Assembly: GCA_049423385.1 (NCBI GenBank)
Contig: JBMSQQ010000062.1
Coordinates: 1 to 20,984, forward strand
DNA length: 20,984 nt
Source: Silvanigrellaceae bacterium
GTDB lineage: Bacteria; Bdellovibrionota_B; Oligoflexia; Silvanigrellales; Silvanigrellaceae
Direction of reading: 5' to 3'
Made by a program: the position numbers and the translations under genes
Part shown: piece by piece, positions 16,755 to 20,984 of the stretch
Layout of the letters: every line of letters begins with the position of its first letter
How positions within the stretch are numbered: position 1 is the first letter of the stretch
Notes under the pieces: model-generated
Database searches by the model: none
Told to the model about the DNA's origin: nothing
What the model saw: the letters and a program-made list of their open reading frames with translations, nothing else

Positions 16755-19398
16755 ATGGAGCCTGCCTCAGAATCAGGATTGCAGACACCAGAGCTGTGAT
16801 GCAGCAGAGACCCACCACGACAGCCGTGATCGTGATTCCGGGCATCACCCGCAGCTGAAGCTGGTCGTCCACCGTCAGCAATGTTTTTTGCACGAGCGAA
16901 CTCAACACCCAGCTGGTTGCGACACCCGTCAGGCAGCCAAGTATCGAAAGCAGGGAAAACTCTCCGAACACAGCCCTGAGAACAAGGGAATTGTTTGCTC
17001 CAAGGCAGCGGTACAGGGAAAAGTTTTGAGCCCGCATGGTGAAACTCGTCCATGCACTCAGGAACGTGTTGAGCAACGCGCCAGCAAACATCAGCAGACT
17101 CAGAAAACCAACGATCTCGAGTGCTGCTGTCAGGAGTTGTGCTGCGAGTTCAGCCAGCTCGGTGGCATCGAGGGCTGTGATCCCCGGATGGTTTTGCGAC
17201 AAGTTGTTCAGCACCTCGGAACGGGTCTTGCTGTCGGGAAGGGTGGCAGCAAAAATTCCGCGGAAGGGTGCGTCTGCGAGAACACTGGGATGAAGTACAA
17301 AAAAGAAGTTGGGGCGAAAGTTTTGCCAGCGCACTCGCCGCACACTCGTCACCTTGACCTTGATCGGGACTCCCTGAATATCGAACGTCAGGTTGTCTCC
17401 CAGATTGATGTTCAGGTTCTTTGCAATACCTGCTTCAACAGAAACTTCATTCAAGGCCGACTTTCCGCTGTCGGGACGCCAAAATTGACCCTCCACTATG
17501 GTCTCTGATTGTTCCTTCTCGTCGAGGCGTTCACGGCTTGTGAGATTTTGTTCTCGATTGAGAAGTCTTTCTGCTGTCTTTCGCGTCTCGGGATTGCCTG
17601 AAAACTGATCGAGCCATTCTTCGTTTGTTTTGTTGTTGATTCTGGCCAGGCGTGCACGGGTCAGACGTTCGGAAAGAACCGAGCCTTGCGGCCCACCGCG
17701 CGAAAGAATTTCACGCACACTGTTGAATGACTCTGGCGGAGCGTCGATGACGAAAACATTTGGCCGTTGATTGCCGGATGTGGCAGCCGAAATCTGATTC
17801 ACGATGTTGGTTCGCAAATCCCACATGAAGAGAAGCATGCACACAGACATTCCGAAGAGCATCAAGGTGAGCGTGCTTTGCGCTGGACGTGCTGCAATTT
17901 CGCTGCCAGCCAGCCGCAAGAAAAGTGGCAGCCTGATGCCAGGACTCAGACCCAGGCGACTGATGAGGCGCACAAGAAAGCGGACAGTGAGATAGAGTCC
18001 CGTGAGCGTGATCACAAGAATGAGATTGAAGGCTGTTTCACTTGAGATCAAAAAAGACAGAAGCAATGCCGTGATGAGCCAGACGAGATCCGGAAAATTC
18101 TCGAGGCCGGCAATCAAGCCCAACAAGATTTTTTTGGGCATCGGATCGTTTGAAGTGGACAAGGCAGCAATAAAAGATTGGCGTTGCCCGCGACGCAGAT
18201 AAAGCAGCGCACCTGGAAGAATGAGGGAGAGAGTCAAAAGAAAGGCGGCAAAAGTGAATTTTGTTGTCAGGCCGGCATGACTCAAGAGTGAAAAGTCGTT
18301 GCCGCCCGAGGAAAACCATCGTCCCAGTCGTGGCGCAAGTTCATGCTGAAAAATGAATTGACCCAGCCAAGCTCCCACTGCCAAAGCGACACCTGAGACT
18401 ATAATGACATTGCCCACGTACAGAATCGCGAGAAGGGTTCGTCCTGCTCCAAGATTTGAAAGAATTCTCGCGTCGTATTGCTTGCGCTGCAGATAGGAAT
18501 GCAGGCCTTGCGCGCTGCCCAGACCCAGCAGCAGCAATGCAGCAAAGCTGATGGCATTGAAAAACAGCATCAGACTTCGTGCCGGTTTGAAAGCAGAGTT
18601 CAAAGCGTCTTGCTTGCCTCTGAGATTCGGGCGAACAGGTTCAATCTTCTTGAGCTCACCGCGCAGCCATTCATTGGAGGCTTCCAATGATGCCTGAGGG
18701 GGAAACTGCAGGAGCAGCTTGTCGCGCAATCGTGATTGCCCGGACACGAGTTTTTGTCTCACGGCAACATCGCGGGCCATATAGAGCCTCGAGCCCAGGC
18801 TGAAGCTTGCAAAGTCGCGCATCTGATCATTCTCAACCAGTCCAACAATTGGAAAAAATCGTTTGCCAATGCGAACCGCTTTGCGCTCTGCGAAAAGTTT
18901 TTGGGAGTTTTTGTCGCTGGCGTCGCCAAGGATTTTCTGGCTTGTGACCTGCAGGCCGTTGCTGACTGCAAAACCGCTTTCCACAAGCACTCCGCCGTTG
19001 CGCAGGCTTTCAAATGAAAATTGCGGTTTGAAGCGCATTCCTGGAACCAATGGAAATGCGTCATCCACCGCAAGTATCTCGACAAGCCTGGGGCGTGCAA
19101 CGCTTGCAATTGTCGTCATGCTGACAAGCGAAGTGACTCTGCTCCTGCGTGCAATTTTTGGTGAGGAATTCAGGCTTTCAATCAGGCTTTCAGGCAAGAG
19201 CCGCACATCCGAAATTTCAGCATCGCCACCGAGAATGTTGTCAGCCTGTCGGCGCGTTTGAAGTTCAAGGCGAGCGTCGGCAAGCATCAGTGAAGTGAGT
19301 GCACTCATTCCGATGCAAAGACTGAGCGCAGCAAGTGAAAGCTTTTTCCATGACGTCCTGATTTCGCGCTGCAATGCTGGCCAAAACCAGTGGCTCAT
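16729..19398 (-). CDS. ABC transporter permease, YbbP-like (two FtsX-type halves)
   Basis: 889 aa; ILGGD, PNVFVID, REQNLT, TFDIQG, TSVRRVRWQNFRPNFFFV; two TM clusters; ATGA overlap with the ATPase gene. Confidence 0.9.
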   Translation of the reverse strand: MSHWFWPALQREIRTSWKKLSLAALSLCIGMSALTSLMLADARLELQTRRQADNILGGDAEISDVRLLPESLIESLNSSPKIARRSRVTSLVSMTTIASVARPRLVEILAVDDAFPLVPGMRFKPQFSFESLRNGGVLVESGFAVSNGLQVTSQKILGDASDKNSQKLFAERKAVRIGKRFFPIVGLVENDQMRDFASFSLGSRLYMARDVAVRQKLVSGQSRLRDKLLLQFPPQASLEASNEWLRGELKKIEPVRPNLRGKQDALNSAFKPARSLMLFFNAISFAALLLLGLGSAQGLHSYLQRKQYDARILSNLGAGRTLLAILYVGNVIIVSGVALAVGAWLGQFIFQHELAPRLGRWFSSGGNDFSLLSHAGLTTKFTFAAFLLTLSLILPGALLYLRRGQRQSFIAALSTSNDPMPKKILLGLIAGLENFPDLVWLITALLLSFLISSETAFNLILVITLTGLYLTVRFLVRLISRLGLSPGIRLPLFLRLAGSEIAARPAQSTLTLMLFGMSVCMLLFMWDLRTNIVNQISAATSGNQRPNVFVIDAPPESFNSVREILSRGGPQGSVLSERLTRARLARINNKTNEEWLDQFSGNPETRKTAERLLNREQNLTSRERLDEKEQSETIVEGQFWRPDSGKSALNEVSVEAGIAKNLNINLGDNLTFDIQGVPIKVKVTSVRRVRWQNFRPNFFFVLHPSVLADAPFRGIFAATLPDSKTRSEVLNNLSQNHPGITALDATELAELAAQLLTAALEIVGFLSLLMFAGALLNTFLSAWTSFTMRAQNFSLYRCLGANNSLVLRAVFGEFSLLSILGCLTGVATSWVLSSLVQKTLLTVDDQLQLRVMPGITITAVVVGLCCITALVSAILILRQAPFRVLRRPG

Positions 19399-20084
19399 GC
19401 CCGTGCTCCTTCAGTCAATTGAAAGCGTGAGAGCTGTCCACGTTCGAGTTCGATGCGGCCCGAAAGCTGGTGCGCAAGGGCATAGTCATGTGTGACGAAA
19501 AACAAGGTTGCGCCAAGTTCCATCGACAAACTGCTGATCAACCTGAAAACCTGATCTGCGCTTTGCGGATCAAGATTGCCGGTGGGTTCGTCGCAAAGCA
19601 GCAACTTGGGTTTGTTGACTATGGCCCGTGCAATTGCAACCCGCTGCTGTTCACCACCCGAAAGCTGATCAGGCCTGTGCTTCAGGCGGGTGCTGAGGCC
19701 AACCCATTCCAGCGCTTCCTGGGCGGCAGTTTTTGCCTTCGGATGGGCTGCAATCTCTGCAGCAATCAGCACATTTTCAAGCGCACTCAAATGCTTCAGA
19801 AGCTGAAACGTCTGGTAGACGAAACCGACTTCGCGCGCCCGGAATCGCGACAACTCCGCTTCTCCTGCGGTTGAAACAGGAAAACCGTTGAAGCGGATGG
19901 CACCGGTCGACGGACGCTCGAGTCCGGCGAGCATCGACAGCAGGGTGGTTTTGCCGCTGCCAGATCTGCCGACAACACCCAATTGGCTGCCCGATGGTAT
20001 ATTGGCTGAGATGGAATCGAGGATCCTCAACCGCAGACCTTCTGGAGAGGGGTATTCCTTTGTCACGTTGTCTATTTCGATCAT
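19395..20084 (-). CDS. ABC transporter ATP-binding protein, YbbA/LolD-like
   Basis: [39 protein letters not shown]. Confidence 0.95.
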   Translation of the reverse strand: MIEIDNVTKEYPSPEGLRLRILDSISANIPSGSQLGVVGRSGSGKTTLLSMLAGLERPSTGAIRFNGFPVSTAGEAELSRFRAREVGFVYQTFQLLKHLSALENVLIAAEIAAHPKAKTAAQEALEWVGLSTRLKHRPDQLSGGEQQRVAIARAIVNKPKLLLCDEPTGNLDPQSADQVFRLISSLSMELGATLFFVTHDYALAHQLSGRIELERGQLSRFQLTEGARA

Positions 20085-20824
20085 TGCCTGTTTTCCTTTC
20101 GCGCAGATGCTTGCTGCATTTTGCGCATGTGGCGCTGGTCGTTGTCATGTCGCTGTCGACGTTGGCATGCACAAATCTTGTACTCCAACGCGCGATGCAG
20201 GCACCGGCAACCAAAGCAAGTCAACCACAAGTGACAAATGAAGATCCCAAGGTGGTTGCGTTTCTGGGCGACAGCCTGACCGCTGGTCCTGGTCTTAGTA
20301 TGAAAGAAACGTTTCCTGCGGTCATCCAACAGAAAATTGGCGGACGCCAGTTGGCTTGGTCGGTTCAGAATTCAGGGGTCAGTGGCGACACCACAGCCTT
20401 GGCCTCCGCCAGACTCAACTGGGTTCTCAAGTCGAGGCCCAAGGTGTTGGTGGTCGCGCTTGGTTCCAATGACGGACTTCGCGGTCTTGCTGTTGAGGAA
20501 ATGGAGCGCAATCTCAGGTCGATTGTTTCGCGGGCGCAGTCCCAGGGGATCAAGGTCTTGTTGGTTGGACAGCAACTGCCAATGAATTTTCCGGAGGATT
20601 ATCGCGGCAAGTTTGCAGCAGTGTTTCCCCGGGTTGCACGCGAACACAGAATTCCGCTGGTGCCGTTCATGCTGGAAGGTGTGGCCCTGGATCAAAGATT
20701 TGTTCTTGAAGATGGCATTCATCCGAATGTCGATGGAGCAAAGCGAATTGCAGAGAATGTCTGGCCGATGCTTCTGCCTCTGTTGCGGCAAGGTGGAAAA
20801 CCGACTGGCATGAGCGTTCGATGA
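20060..20824 (+). CDS. tesA: Arylesterase / acyl-CoA thioesterase I (SGNH/GDSL hydrolase), probable lipoprotein
   Basis: FLGDSL, SGVSGDTT, LGSNDG, DGIHP; lipobox TLA-C; start uncertain (TTG 20060 has GGAGAGG upstream; TTG 20084 or 20111 also possible); divergent from the ybbA/ybbP-like genes. Confidence 0.88.
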   Translation: MSRCLFRSLPVFLSRRCLLHFAHVALVVVMSLSTLACTNLVLQRAMQAPATKASQPQVTNEDPKVVAFLGDSLTAGPGLSMKETFPAVIQQKIGGRQLAWSVQNSGVSGDTTALASARLNWVLKSRPKVLVVALGSNDGLRGLAVEEMERNLRSIVSRAQSQGIKVLLVGQQLPMNFPEDYRGKFAAVFPRVAREHRIPLVPFMLEGVALDQRFVLEDGIHPNVDGAKRIAENVWPMLLPLLRQGGKPTGMSVR

Positions 20825-20848
20825 TGAGCAGGGGTTGAGGTGCTGCAG

Positions 20849-20984
20849 ATGAGCAAGATTGATGAAGCAAGAACAAATGCAAAGTTCAGCAATTGGTTGT
20901 TGATGTCAGCCCTGTTTTTCTGTGCATGCCAGCCACTCACCCGACAAGACAGGGCCACGGTTGGACCAGAGCCGACACCCACCG
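20849..20984 (+). CDS. 5' end of a probable lipoprotein running off the window (MSKIDEARTNAKFSNWLLMSALFFCACQPLTRQD...)
   Basis: GAGGTG RBS, ATG 20849, open to the window end, hydrophobic stretch ending FCA-C. Confidence 0.6.
   Translation, partial: MSKIDEARTNAKFSNWLLMSALFFCACQPLTRQDRATVGPEPTPT

Overview
Bacterial chromosomal window of moderate GC, densely coding. No rRNA, tRNA, CRISPR array or mobile element was recognised. Housekeeping genes: efp-accB-accC, acpS, ferrochelatase hemH, clpP, a HemY-type porphyrinogen oxidase, a membrane-anchored MutS-domain-V ATPase, a thiamine pyrophosphokinase, a Cys/Met-metabolism PLP enzyme, and a ybbP-ybbA/tesA module. These are interleaved with several orphan secreted or lipoprotein genes. 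That style is reminiscent of Bdellovibrionota/Oligoflexia-type genomes, which is inference only. Main observations: (1) hemY is one continuous reading frame broken by a single in-frame TAA at 9741-9743. (2) A lipoprotein with 19 Cys and a duplicated 36-aa four-Cys module abuts the hemY start (TGA-ATG), and a secreted lipocalin overlaps the hemY 3' end; together with hemH this may be a porphyrin-handling neighbourhood. (3) HemH has a C-terminal Cx6CxC motif suggesting a [2Fe-2S] cluster. (4) A near-consensus sigma70 promoter is embedded in the clpP terminator. (5) A TATGATGG(ATG) motif recurs upstream of three neighbouring genes. (6) A translationally coupled pair of orphan lipoproteins includes a probable beta-propeller.
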